Shown here piece after piece: positions 15,323 to 24,330 of a DNA stretch of 49,984 nt (within the stretch, counting starts at the first letter, position 1; each line of letters starts with the position of its first letter). The translations under genes were made by a program, and so were the position numbers. The notes beneath the pieces were generated by a model that ran no database searches, was not told the origin of the DNA, and saw only the letters and a program-made list of their open reading frames with translations. The stretch is from an uncultured Dehalococcoidaceae bacterium (GTDB lineage: Bacteria; Chloroflexota; Dehalococcoidia; Dehalococcoidales; RBG-16-60-22). Location: NCBI GenBank assembly GCA_964480145.1, contig CAYZOI010000003.1:1-49984 (forward strand). Reading direction: 5' to 3'.

Positions 15323-17128
15323 TTGACCAAAGACCATATGGATATATTTAAGGACGAGTTGCGTCTCTTGAGCACCGGCATACCGGTTACTTCCCTGAGT
15401 CCTTATGCGTCACCTCAGGAAGAATACCGGGCAGCCTTTGAGGATAGGGAACAGCCTTTCCTGGAATACTATTCCTTTGCCGGCAAGCAGATAAAAAAAA
15501 GGGCCTTGACCAGAGGCGCGTTCTGGGACCTGGCCTGTTCTGGAGCCGCCTATCTCGCCGATAACGGCGTCGCAAAAGGCGACCGCATATTGCACTGTTT
15601 TTCCTATAACAACTTATACGATGCCATATTCAGACTGGCGTCGGTCTTTTTGGGATGTGTTCCGGTGACCGTAAACTGGCAGGCAGATGACGATGAACGC
15701 ATCGTTACCAAGGCCGGGATGACGGGTGCCAAATTCATAATCTTCGACGAAGAATTTGCTCCCCGGATAGAAGAGATAAAGTCCAGAGCCTGTATCAAAT
15801 CCGTCCTTGAAGCCGACAAACTGGAATCATATAAAAGTGCCGGCAGCTGGAGGCACGCCGAGCTGCGTCAGGATGACGAAAAAATGGTCATCTTTACTTC
15901 CGGCACCACCGGCGAACCCAAGGGTGCCAGCCTATCATACGGGAACTACCTGGCCAACAGGCTCACCTTTGAGCACTATTTTGACGTATCTGAAACTACG
16001 CAGCTGGACATCTTCCTGGCTAATCCTCTACACCATACCAACTCGACCGCCTTCCTGGACTGGAGTATGCGGCGCAGTGGCACCAGAATATACCTCCTGC
16101 CACGCTACGCCACCCTTTACTGGAAGATACTGGTAGATGCGGCGCAGCGCAAACGCGACCTCCTCATTGCGCCCATGGTTTCCCGGCACGTTGATTTCCT
16201 GGAAGAGCTCCGTAATCGCTCGGAACTGCCGGTGGCACTGGATGAGATAAAAGACGCGCTCAGCAAAACGGATATGATGATAGGCTCGGCGCCTGTCGGG
16301 CCAACCACCATCCAGCGTATGCTTGAATTCAGCAATCATCTGCCCATTGTCCGCTTCGGCTCCACCGAAACCTGCCTTCAGGTGATGGCAACGCCGAGGA
16401 CACTATCCCAGAAGGCACTGAGAAAAGCGTTCGAAGCCGGATGGTCGCACTCTTATCACGATGAAAGCATAGTCGGCTACTACATCGGCCGGGACCATTC
16501 CCCCTTCACACGGGTCAAAGCCGTCAAATCAATCGACCCCGGGCACAAAGATTATTTTCGTACCTGCGATATCGGCGAACCCGGTTACCTGGTCACACAG
16601 GGGGCAAATATCATGAGCCACTACGTGGGTGATGCCGAAGGCACCGAATCTGCCTTCCAGGAAGGGTGGTACACCGGCCTGCGGGATGTCGTCTTTACCT
16701 TAAAAAATAAGGCGGATGGAGAGCTAGACTATTACTGGATGACCAGGGATTCGGCGCTTCTGATTCGCGGCGGGGCTAATTATTCGTATGACCAGATTGC
16801 CGACGAGCTTTCAAGGGGGCTGGTTGAAGATTTCAACCTGAAAAAGGAGCAATTCAGGTTAGCGGTAATCGGGCTGCGCGTTGAAAGCGAACATGAAGAC
16901 AGCTGCTGTGTCACCATTCAGCTCGGCCCGGAGGCGGCGGATAATCGTCCGCAACTGGAGGCTGATTTTATTGACCAGGCCCGCAAAAGAGTCCCCAAGG
17001 GTTTCCGGCCCGATTATGTCCGCTTTGCTGATATTCCGACGAATTTTAAGGGCCTCGTGCTTATCCCCGAATTGAGGCTGGAATATAAGAAAGCGCTGGA
17101 AGAAAAGGGGCTGGCAATATACACCTAG
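15323..17128 (+). CDS. AMP-forming acyl-CoA synthetase/ligase (adenylate-forming enzyme)
   Basis: AMP-binding motif IFTSGTTGEPKG, plus GSTET and TGLRD-type motifs. TTG start abuts the iorB stop. 601 aa. Confidence 0.8.
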   Translation: MTKDHMDIFKDELRLLSTGIPVTSLSPYASPQEEYRAAFEDREQPFLEYYSFAGKQIKKRALTRGAFWDLACSGAAYLADNGVAKGDRILHCFSYNNLYDAIFRLASVFLGCVPVTVNWQADDDERIVTKAGMTGAKFIIFDEEFAPRIEEIKSRACIKSVLEADKLESYKSAGSWRHAELRQDDEKMVIFTSGTTGEPKGASLSYGNYLANRLTFEHYFDVSETTQLDIFLANPLHHTNSTAFLDWSMRRSGTRIYLLPRYATLYWKILVDAAQRKRDLLIAPMVSRHVDFLEELRNRSELPVALDEIKDALSKTDMMIGSAPVGPTTIQRMLEFSNHLPIVRFGSTETCLQVMATPRTLSQKALRKAFEAGWSHSYHDESIVGYYIGRDHSPFTRVKAVKSIDPGHKDYFRTCDIGEPGYLVTQGANIMSHYVGDAEGTESAFQEGWYTGLRDVVFTLKNKADGELDYYWMTRDSALLIRGGANYSYDQIADELSRGLVEDFNLKKEQFRLAVIGLRVESEHEDSCCVTIQLGPEAADNRPQLEADFIDQARKRVPKGFRPDYVRFADIPTNFKGLVLIPELRLEYKKALEEKGLAIYT

Positions 17129-17237
17129 AGGAGAGGAACCTATTCAAGCGCCAGGTTTTTCTATCGGACAAATCCTAGCCCTTCTAATCGGCGAGTACGG
17201 CGAGCGCGACTGGCAGCCACATGATAGCCCGCTGAAC

Positions 17238-17810
17238 GTGCTGGTCCAGACCATCCTTTCTCAGAATACCTCGGACACGAACTCCGGGAGGGCTTTCCGC
17301 TCTCTTCAGGCTTCTTTTCCTCGCTGGGAAGATGTAGTGTCGGCTGACGTGAACGAGATTGCCGACGCCATAAGAAGCGGCGGGCTGGGGGAAATCAAGG
17401 CGGGCCGCATAAAGCAGGCGCTCGGGGAAATCCGGCAGCAGCGAGGTCGACTGGAGCTAGACTTCTTAAACGAACTCCCCCTGGACGAGGCCAGGGACTG
17501 GCTGAAGCAGCTGCCGGGAGTGGGCACCAAGACGGCCAGCTGCGTCTTTCTGTTTTCTCTGCGCCGGCCAGCCCTGCCGGTAGACACCCACGTATACCGC
17601 GTGGCCAAGAGGCTCGGAATTATCGATGACAGGACCACGGTGGAGAAAGCCCACCGGCGGCTGGAAAGCCTGGTGCCACCAGAGAAGGTCTACCCGTTTC
17701 ATGTACTGTTTATCGAGCACGGGAGAAAGGTTTGCAGGGCGCCGCGCCCCCACTGTGATGGCTGTGTATTGAGCAGCCTCTGTCTGTATTTCCGGCAAAG
17801 GCAGTCCTGA
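17238..17810 (+). CDS. nth: endonuclease III-like HhH-GPD base-excision glycosylase
   Basis: LVQTILSQNTSD, the HhH motif LPGVGTKTASCVFLF and the Fe-S loop CRAPRPHCDGCVLSSLC. Homology-like sequence continues upstream of GTG 17238, so the true start may be further upstream (see findings). Confidence 0.8.
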   Translation: MLVQTILSQNTSDTNSGRAFRSLQASFPRWEDVVSADVNEIADAIRSGGLGEIKAGRIKQALGEIRQQRGRLELDFLNELPLDEARDWLKQLPGVGTKTASCVFLFSLRRPALPVDTHVYRVAKRLGIIDDRTTVEKAHRRLESLVPPEKVYPFHVLFIEHGRKVCRAPRPHCDGCVLSSLCLYFRQRQS

Positions 17811-17909
17811 AAGCGAATTTCCTTGACAAGGAAAGGGCAATATAATAAGCTTTTCATCGGGTTTCAAACGAGACCGGTTCTGAACCCCAACTACGATGGA
17901 GGTACATAC

Positions 17910-18845
17910 ATGGAGAAAATAGCGCAGGCGATGGAAAAGGCGGGGTTTCCCAGTGGCGACCTTTTTGCCCTGCCAAGCTCGCCCAAAACCTTCCCTGACG
18001 GCGCGCATTATCGTGTGGAGATTTCCGGGATGGAGACCCCCAAAGTCCTGGCGGCAACATGCGACGAGGCCAAGAAGCAAGGGGTTCCCTTCCACCGCTC
18101 TATTTCCGTGGTACGGGGAGCGTCCATGCTCACCCGCGAACAATTAGCCGAATTTGCCAAAATCGCCCTTGACAACCAGGTGGAGGTTATTATGACGCCC
18201 GGACCGAGGCCTACCTGGTACACCGGCCGGCAGGTTGCCACTCCCGAAGGAGCCCTTTCCGGGCTGAGGATGAGGGGAATGGATTCCGTCAGACATTACC
18301 TGATGGAGATTGAACGCTGCATCGAGCTCGGTTTTCGCGGCTTCCTGGTCTGGGACGAGGGAGTTCTCTCCCTGCTCAACACCATGAAACAGAATGGCGA
18401 CTTCCCCGAGGACATCGTTTTCAAGGTCTCCATCTTCGCCGGTCACGCTAATGCCACCGGCGTCAAGCTGGTGGAGTCTCTCGGGGCAGACAGCTGCAAC
18501 CCCGTGGCTGACCTGACGCTGCCCGAACTGGCTTCAATCAGGAGCGTGGTAGATATCCCTCTCGACATCCATATTCAGCTCTGGAGCTCAATGGGCGGCT
18601 TTAACCGCATCTTTGAGACCCCGGAAATTGCCCGCGTGGCCTCACCCTGCTACTTCAAGATGGAGCCGGGGCCGGGGCTGGGCATGTACATGCCCTGGGG
18701 CATGTCCGACGACATGCTGGCGGAGCTGGGCCGGGAAAAGGTCCGCTCCATCAAGAACATAATCGAACTGGTAAGCCAGGTTCACCCGGAACTGAAAGTA
18801 TCGAAGCAGGGGCCAGAAGACCTGAGAGTGCCTGAGCCAAAGTAA
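17910..18845 (+). CDS. hypothetical protein (311 aa), family not recognised
   Basis: ATG 17910 lies 7 nt after a GGAGG RBS. The ORF-track start at 17823 is TTG without an RBS. Composition is GC-rich and coding-like. It sits directly upstream of panB on the same strand. Confidence 0.6.
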   Translation: MEKIAQAMEKAGFPSGDLFALPSSPKTFPDGAHYRVEISGMETPKVLAATCDEAKKQGVPFHRSISVVRGASMLTREQLAEFAKIALDNQVEVIMTPGPRPTWYTGRQVATPEGALSGLRMRGMDSVRHYLMEIERCIELGFRGFLVWDEGVLSLLNTMKQNGDFPEDIVFKVSIFAGHANATGVKLVESLGADSCNPVADLTLPELASIRSVVDIPLDIHIQLWSSMGGFNRIFETPEIARVASPCYFKMEPGPGLGMYMPWGMSDDMLAELGREKVRSIKNIIELVSQVHPELKVSKQGPEDLRVPEPK

Positions 18846-18865
18846 CCAAAGGAGGATTAAAAATA

Positions 18866-19723
18866 ATGCCAAAGAAGTCCGTTCTCGATTTTGTGGAGAT
18901 GAAAAAGAAGGGTGAGAAAATCACCTACCTCACTGCCTATGATTTCCCCATGGCCAGTTTCTGCGAAAAAGCAGGTATCGACATGATACTGGTCGGAGAC
19001 AGCGCCGCCATGGTGGTCCACGGTCTACCCGGAACAGTACCGATGACCATGGACCAGATGATTCAACATTCCCAGATAGTCAGGAGAGGCGCTCCCAGCA
19101 CCTTCGTCATCGGCGATATGCCCTTCCTCTCCTACCAGGTTTCCAGGGAAGACGCCATCGCCAACGCCGGCCGGTTCTTCAAAGAGGCCAGCGTCGACGC
19201 CATCAAACTGGAAGGCGGCCGGAGGGTCATCAAGCAGATTGAAGGCATCATTGAAGGCGGCATGTCCGTGATGGGCCACATCGGGCTGACGCCGCAGAGT
19301 TCGGGGCAGCTGGGTGGCTTCAAGGCGCAGGGTCGCACCGCGGATACCGCTATGGAAGTGATAAAGGACGCGCTGGCCATTGAAAAGGCGGGTGCCTTTG
19401 CCCTGCTGGTGGAAGCGATTCCCCCGGAAGTGGGTAAAATCATCTCCGAAATGCTCAGCATCCCGGTACTGGGCATCGGCGCCGGCATGTACACCGACGG
19501 ACAGGTGCTTATCATCGGCGATATGCTCGGCTATTTTGAGGCGTTCACGCCGAAATTCGTCAAGAAATATGCCAACCTCGCCGAGGTTATTACCAAGGCT
19601 TTTGGCGAATATATCGAGGATGTCCGAACCAGCAAGTTCCCCGAAGAGAAGCACTGCTATCGCATGGTTGAGGGTGAAAGCGACAAGCTGGAGGCCATGC
19701 TCAAGAACCTGCCGCCACAGTAA
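18866..19723 (+). CDS. panB: 3-methyl-2-oxobutanoate hydroxymethyltransferase (ketopantoate hydroxymethyltransferase)
   Basis: ITYLTAYDFPMASF, ILVGDSAAMVVHG, VIGDMPFLSY, DAIKLEGG, VMGHIGLTPQS and LLVEAIP are canonical PanB motifs. Confidence 0.9.
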   Translation: MPKKSVLDFVEMKKKGEKITYLTAYDFPMASFCEKAGIDMILVGDSAAMVVHGLPGTVPMTMDQMIQHSQIVRRGAPSTFVIGDMPFLSYQVSREDAIANAGRFFKEASVDAIKLEGGRRVIKQIEGIIEGGMSVMGHIGLTPQSSGQLGGFKAQGRTADTAMEVIKDALAIEKAGAFALLVEAIPPEVGKIISEMLSIPVLGIGAGMYTDGQVLIIGDMLGYFEAFTPKFVKKYANLAEVITKAFGEYIEDVRTSKFPEEKHCYRMVEGESDKLEAMLKNLPPQ

Positions 19724-19763
19724 AAAGCATACCGGCGGAACGTAAATTAAGGAACCGTTAAGG

Positions 19764-19793
19764 GCGGCGTGGTGCCATGCCACGCCGCTTTTT
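19764..19793 (+). terminator. rho-independent terminator after panB
   Basis: 9-bp GC-rich stem GCGGCGTGG / CCACGCCGC (19764-19772 and 19780-19788), 7-nt loop, then TTTTT (19789-19793). The T-run overlaps the stop codon of the convergent gene. Confidence 0.7.
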
Positions 19794-21609
19794 AATCGCC
19801 GAATGACAGGCAGCGCAGGAAGGTGTCCTCGAAATCCGGCCTCCCGGACAGCTCGATATGCCGTGCCGCGGAAGCAATCTTCTCCGCCTGGCGTCTTTCT
19901 TCGAGATTGAGCAGGGCTCGCAATGCCCCGTCCATGGCCCCGTTGCCGATGAAATGGATTTTCTCGAGCGGGAAAGGTGGAATCAGCCCCAGGGTGACCG
20001 CCTTTTCACGGTTGATATAGTTGCCGAACACGCCGGCAAGAAGTACCTCCTGGATATCATCGGCGCGGACGCCTGCTTCCTTCATAAGCAGTTCAACTCC
20101 GGCGCGTATGGCCCCCTTGGCGAGCTGCAATTCACGGACGTCCATCTGAGTCAGCGTAACCTCTCCTTTTTCATCTTTGAAGATGACGAATTCCCGCGTC
20201 TCCCCGCGAACCTTCACCATCTTCGCCAGCGCCCCGGCGCTTATCTCCGCCGGTTTGAGAATGCGTCCTTTCCGGTCGAGAACCCCCGCCCGGTAAAGCT
20301 CCGCCACCAGGTCAATCAGGCCGGAGCCGCAAATGCCCTTCGGGGCGCCGCCACCAATGACCGAGTAATTCATGGCCGGAGCTGCCTGAAAAGAACTGAT
20401 GGCGCCTTTTACGGCGCGCATGCCGTACTTTATCCGGCCACCTTCAAATGCGGGGCCGGCCGCCGTGGAGGCGGTCAGAACACCCTTTTCGGTCGCCAGC
20501 ATCACCTCACCGTTGGTGCCGATGTCAATGGCGAGCCTGGGAACACGGCTCTGGTGCAGCCCCGCCGCCAGGATTACCGCCACGGTGTCGGCACCGACAA
20601 AGCTGGCAATCGACGGCATGATATGCACCTTGCCCCCGGGGTGAATCTGCAAGCCGAGTTCTGCCGCCGACAAGTCGAACGACTGATTCAGCCCTCCGAC
20701 GTAAGGCGCCAGCGCTATATTTTTGGCCTCCAGTCCCAGCAGAGTGTGGAGCATGGTGGTATTGCCCACCACCGTGGCCTCGAAGATACGGCCCCGCTCC
20801 CGGCGGGAGTTCCGGCACAGCCGCAAAATCAGCTGATTGAGTCCCTTGACCAGTTCTTTTTGCAGGCTTTCCCTCTTTTCGGGAGCACCCTGCGCATGCA
20901 TGATTCGTGAAATAACATCGGCACCGAAGTTAATCTGAGGATTGAGTTCCGCATCAAGGGCGACCACCTTCCCCGTAGCCAGGTCCACCAGCGCTGCCGC
21001 CAGCGTGGTGGTGCCGATATCTATGGCCATGCCCAACACGTCACCGGCGGAACCGGGCGGGTCGAGCGCCACCACCTCATTCCCCACCACCAGCGCCTCC
21101 CCGCTAAAATTCCATTCCCTGAGGTTGTCAGACAGCTTTCGCAGCAAGGGCAACTCGATGCTCACCGGTCCGGCTGCTGGCTGCTCCAGATATTCGGCGA
21201 GGCGATTCCAGTCCGCCCGCTGGTCCTTTATCGAAGGCTTGCTCAGTTTGAAAGGAATGCTCCCGACATCGGATTGCAGGGAGATTTCCTCTCCAAGCAG
21301 TCCGAAGCTTGCCTTGGCCCGCGAAATCTCCATCTCGGGAAGGCGGACTTCACCGGGTTCCTCCACCATAACCTGACAGGCAAGATGCCAGCCCTCATCC
21401 AGTTCCTTCCGGGACAGCTTCTCCTGCTCCAGCTGCGTATATTTACGACTAATGCCGGAAAGCTGCACCTTGCATTTAAGACATGTGCCCTGCCCTCCGC
21501 AGGGTGAATCAAGGGGGATTCCAACCTCAATGAGCGCGGTGCGCAGGTTATCACCGGCCTTCAGTTTCAGTTCTCTGTCCGGAGGAATGACCCGAACGTT
21601 AACCTTCAT
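19792..21609 (-). CDS. reductive activator of corrinoid proteins (RACo-type; N-terminal [2Fe-2S] ferredoxin plus ASKHA ATPase/DUF4445)
   Basis: Plant-type ferredoxin motif SPCGGQGTCLKCKV at the N-terminus. The long ASKHA-like body has DIGTTT and DIGTNGE phosphate motifs. Confidence 0.85.
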   Translation of the reverse strand: MKVNVRVIPPDRELKLKAGDNLRTALIEVGIPLDSPCGGQGTCLKCKVQLSGISRKYTQLEQEKLSRKELDEGWHLACQVMVEEPGEVRLPEMEISRAKASFGLLGEEISLQSDVGSIPFKLSKPSIKDQRADWNRLAEYLEQPAAGPVSIELPLLRKLSDNLREWNFSGEALVVGNEVVALDPPGSAGDVLGMAIDIGTTTLAAALVDLATGKVVALDAELNPQINFGADVISRIMHAQGAPEKRESLQKELVKGLNQLILRLCRNSRRERGRIFEATVVGNTTMLHTLLGLEAKNIALAPYVGGLNQSFDLSAAELGLQIHPGGKVHIMPSIASFVGADTVAVILAAGLHQSRVPRLAIDIGTNGEVMLATEKGVLTASTAAGPAFEGGRIKYGMRAVKGAISSFQAAPAMNYSVIGGGAPKGICGSGLIDLVAELYRAGVLDRKGRILKPAEISAGALAKMVKVRGETREFVIFKDEKGEVTLTQMDVRELQLAKGAIRAGVELLMKEAGVRADDIQEVLLAGVFGNYINREKAVTLGLIPPFPLEKIHFIGNGAMDGALRALLNLEERRQAEKIASAARHIELSGRPDFEDTFLRCLSFGD

Positions 21610-22404
21610 CTATGACAGCTTCTCCTGCCGGTAGGCGGTGATGTACCCGGCGCAGAACTTGTCCCGGTCCAGAATCGCTTCCGCCGCCACCAGGCCGGCC
21701 ATAAGCTCACGATCGGTGGGGTCAATAATTGCCGAGTCGAGCCCCTGGGACATGGCCGCGACCAGAAAAGTGCGGTTAATCAGTTTCCGTACCGGCAGCC
21801 CGAAGGAGACATTGGTCAGCCCGCAGATGGTGTGCACTTCCGGCATCTGCGCGGTGATTTCCCTGATGGCACCGAGCGCGGCGACCGCTGATTGGGTATC
21901 GGTGGCGATGGGGTAAATGAGCGGGTCAATGAAAATATCTCCCGGTGCCACTCCTTCTTTGGTCAGAATATCGACCATCTTGCGGGCAACATCTACCTTT
22001 TCCTCAACGGTGCCGGCCATGCCGGCATCGCTCTGGCACAGCACGACGATTCTCGTCCCGTACTGTTTGATAAGCGGCAGCAGTCCATCCAAACGCTGTT
22101 TTTCCATCGTGATGGAATTTATCAGACACGGCTGTTTCACCAGCTTCAGAGCGGCGGCGATGGCCGCCGGGTCCGGACTGTCAAGGCAGAGCGGCAACTC
22201 CGTGGCCCCCTGTACGACCTCTACCAGCCAGCACAGGTACTCCGCTTCCTGCCCGACAAAGCTGCCGGCGTTTACATCGATGTACCGGGCACCGGCCTCG
22301 GTCTGAGATTTGGCCTCGTTGCGGATAAAATCGGCGTCTCTGGCTTTTACCGCCTCGCCGATTGACTTGCGCGACGAGTTAATTCTCTCGGCAACAATTA
22401 ACAT
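21610..22404 (-). CDS. methyltetrahydrofolate:corrinoid methyltransferase (pterin-binding, AcsE/MetH-module-like)
   Basis: ATG 22404 follows a GGAGGT RBS. MLIVAERINSSRKSI...ARYIDVNAG and LCLDSPD are typical of the pterin-binding barrel. The longer ORF-track start at 22497 has no RBS. Confidence 0.8.
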   Translation of the reverse strand: MLIVAERINSSRKSIGEAVKARDADFIRNEAKSQTEAGARYIDVNAGSFVGQEAEYLCWLVEVVQGATELPLCLDSPDPAAIAAALKLVKQPCLINSITMEKQRLDGLLPLIKQYGTRIVVLCQSDAGMAGTVEEKVDVARKMVDILTKEGVAPGDIFIDPLIYPIATDTQSAVAALGAIREITAQMPEVHTICGLTNVSFGLPVRKLINRTFLVAAMSQGLDSAIIDPTDRELMAGLVAAEAILDRDKFCAGYITAYRQEKLS

Positions 22405-22429
22405 AATATTACCTCCACAACCGATTGTT

Positions 22430-23629
22430 TTAATCGGGCAGCCTGTCCCGCCCGGCGATATCCCGGAGCAGATTGATGAAGTACTTGAAGTTCTCAAAGG
22501 GAACGTCCGGTGGAACGGCGTGGTCCAGACCGGGGAAGAAACCGCCCGTCTCGCAGAGATACGGCACCTTGCGCATTACCTCTTCCTTCAAAGCCTCTTT
22601 CCCCTTGATAAAAGACCGTTTGTCAATATGCCCGCCCAGAATGAGTTCCTTGCCGTACTTCTTTCTCAGGGCAACGCCGTCCATGCCGGCCGCCACCTCA
22701 ATCGGCCAGGGGAAATTGACCCCGACCTCTTTGAGCCAGATGGGTATCAGCTCGTCGATATTGCCATCGCTGTCCAGGTGGATAATGTCGATTCCCTGGC
22801 TGTGCAGGAAGTCGGTGATTACCTTGTAGCGCGGTACCATGAACTTACTGAACATGGCCGGGGAAATGAGAGGGCCGGCCTTGTAGGCCATGTCCTCCCA
22901 GAAGCGGACAAAGTCAACCCGCAGGTCCTTCAAAGCCCCCTTGGCCACCTCCATGACCAGATAGAGCACCTGGTCCATCATGTCCTCGACCAGCTGCGGG
23001 TCATCATAGAACATGTAAAGCAGTCGCTCGAGACCACACCACTCTCGCAGTATGCCGAAGAAGCCGGAAAAGAGCAGGAGCACCGGCGTATCTTCGCTGT
23101 TATGCTGTTTGACATAGGCATCCCAGTCCTTCGGCCAGCGCTCCGGGGTGTGGGGGTCAAGCCGTTTCTTGTACTCATTCCAGGAAGCCCTGTCCTTAAC
23201 CGGATGGTCCAAATAATGGGGCATACGTAAAGGGTGTTCCTTGTTGACCTCCACCGTCTGCCCGCCAAAGGCGATTTCAACCCGGTGTCTCTCGTCCTCG
23301 CTGATGACTTTCCGGTCAAAGACGGGCACCACCGGCGGCGTGATGAGGTAATGCCCCGGGCCCTGCTGGGAGGGGTCAGCTTTGAGGTCGGCGCGGTTTA
23401 CGCCGCACACAATCTCCTGGGTGCTGTGAATACGGTCGAGCTGGAAATAGTCACGGTTACCGTCTGCGGTCAGGATTTCCTTTGGTGCGCCCTGCTTGAC
23501 CCAGACTTCCGGTGTCTCCGACCAGTACTTGTTGAACCAGTCGAAAATCGGGACATCTCCCGGCCTCTTGCCGAGGCACAGGTCGCGAAACCGCTCCCGA
23601 TTTGGCATCGGAACACCCGTATCTTTCAT
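22430..23629 (-). CDS. URO-D-family methyltransferase (MtaA/MtbA/O-demethylase MT-like), paralog 1
   Basis: 399-aa protein of the uroporphyrinogen-decarboxylase-like superfamily (HLDSDGNIDELIP..., GGHID...). ATG 23629 lies 8 nt after an AAGGAG RBS. Confidence 0.7.
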   Translation of the reverse strand: MKDTGVPMPNRERFRDLCLGKRPGDVPIFDWFNKYWSETPEVWVKQGAPKEILTADGNRDYFQLDRIHSTQEIVCGVNRADLKADPSQQGPGHYLITPPVVPVFDRKVISEDERHRVEIAFGGQTVEVNKEHPLRMPHYLDHPVKDRASWNEYKKRLDPHTPERWPKDWDAYVKQHNSEDTPVLLLFSGFFGILREWCGLERLLYMFYDDPQLVEDMMDQVLYLVMEVAKGALKDLRVDFVRFWEDMAYKAGPLISPAMFSKFMVPRYKVITDFLHSQGIDIIHLDSDGNIDELIPIWLKEVGVNFPWPIEVAAGMDGVALRKKYGKELILGGHIDKRSFIKGKEALKEEVMRKVPYLCETGGFFPGLDHAVPPDVPFENFKYFINLLRDIAGRDRLPD

Positions 23630-23683
23630 CAGTGCCACTCCTTTTTAGTACGCTGGTCAGGCGGTAACTACTTCGTTTTCCAG

Positions 23684-23701
23684 TATAGTATCTTTACTAT
23701 A
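23684..23701. promoter_or_regulatory. perfect 7-4-7 palindrome TATAGTA-TCTT-TACTATA in the gap upstream of URO-D paralog 1
   Basis: Seen directly. On the minus strand it overlaps a possible TTGTGC-18-TATACT promoter. Candidate operator or internal promoter. Confidence 0.3.
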
Positions 23702-23764
23702 GGTTGCACAAACTCCCGGCCAGCTCCGCGATGTAGCGGGGCTTTCCTGCCAGCTCGAAAGGAT

Positions 23765-24322
23765 TTACTTGTCGCTCAGGCCCATCGACTGAGCATTCGG
23801 GCAGATGTTCTTGGCGCTGCAGTGAATGCAGACCACTTTGGTGAAGAGGACAAAGAATCGGAAAAGAAGCAATCCCAGCAAAGCGATGAATATGGCCAGT
23901 ATTACTGGCGAAAAATTGATAATCAGTGCCGGTATCATGGCAATAATAGGGATTGCCAGGGAAGCGATGTACATATTATTGTGGCAGAACAATCCCTGAC
24001 CTCGTTTGGAGAAGTCGTTTATATCCCCTTTTCTGGTGATTTTCGCGGAAATAACATTCAGGCCGGATACGCAGACGGCGTTTTTCATCCCGTAGTACAC
24101 ACAGTTCGGACAGACGGTCAGCGGCATGACCAGATACATTTCCACAAAAGCGAAAACAAGATACAGCGCGCCAAACAGATACGCAAGCCAGGATGGGCCG
24201 TAGCCGAGCATGATGCCAGCCCCACCGAGCAGGAAATGGAGAACGGTGACGCCATTGTAGAGAGCAATGTGTGATACCGGATATCTGGTATATACCTTTG
24301 TTTTTGTGTCCGCGTCAGGCAT
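23765..24322 (-). CDS. Cys-rich integral membrane protein (about 4 TM segments), unknown family
   Basis: 185 aa with four long hydrophobic stretches. Cys motifs are VCPNCVYYG...AVCVSG between helices and VVCIHCSAKNICPN at the C-terminus. Starts 8 nt after the aminotransferase stop. Confidence 0.6.
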   Translation of the reverse strand: MPDADTKTKVYTRYPVSHIALYNGVTVLHFLLGGAGIMLGYGPSWLAYLFGALYLVFAFVEMYLVMPLTVCPNCVYYGMKNAVCVSGLNVISAKITRKGDINDFSKRGQGLFCHNNMYIASLAIPIIAMIPALIINFSPVILAIFIALLGLLLFRFFVLFTKVVCIHCSAKNICPNAQSMGLSDK

Positions 24323-24330
24323 TTCTCCGC

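Noticed and set aside
19858-20910. 350-aa plus-strand ORF, together with similar long antisense ORFs at 22310-23230, 23234-24274, 24271-25164, 27440-28342, 17466-18143, 13181-13774, 14020-14652, 40416-41027, 43120-43878 and 47357-48265
   Set aside because: Each lies antisense to a gene with clear conserved-domain motifs. Their translations are low-complexity and Arg/Gly/His-rich, as expected for stop-poor frames in GC-rich coding DNA. None has a convincing RBS.
22405-22497. Longer N-terminal extensions given by the ORF track (22497 for the pterin-binding MT, 31359 for URO-D paralog 3, 17823 for the unknown protein, 23638 and 30145 as GTG starts)
   Set aside because: The extensions have non-protein-like sequence (for example MRTSSTSSICSGISPGGTGC) and overlap upstream genes. 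Internal ATG codons are preceded by AGGAG/GGAGG at proper spacing.
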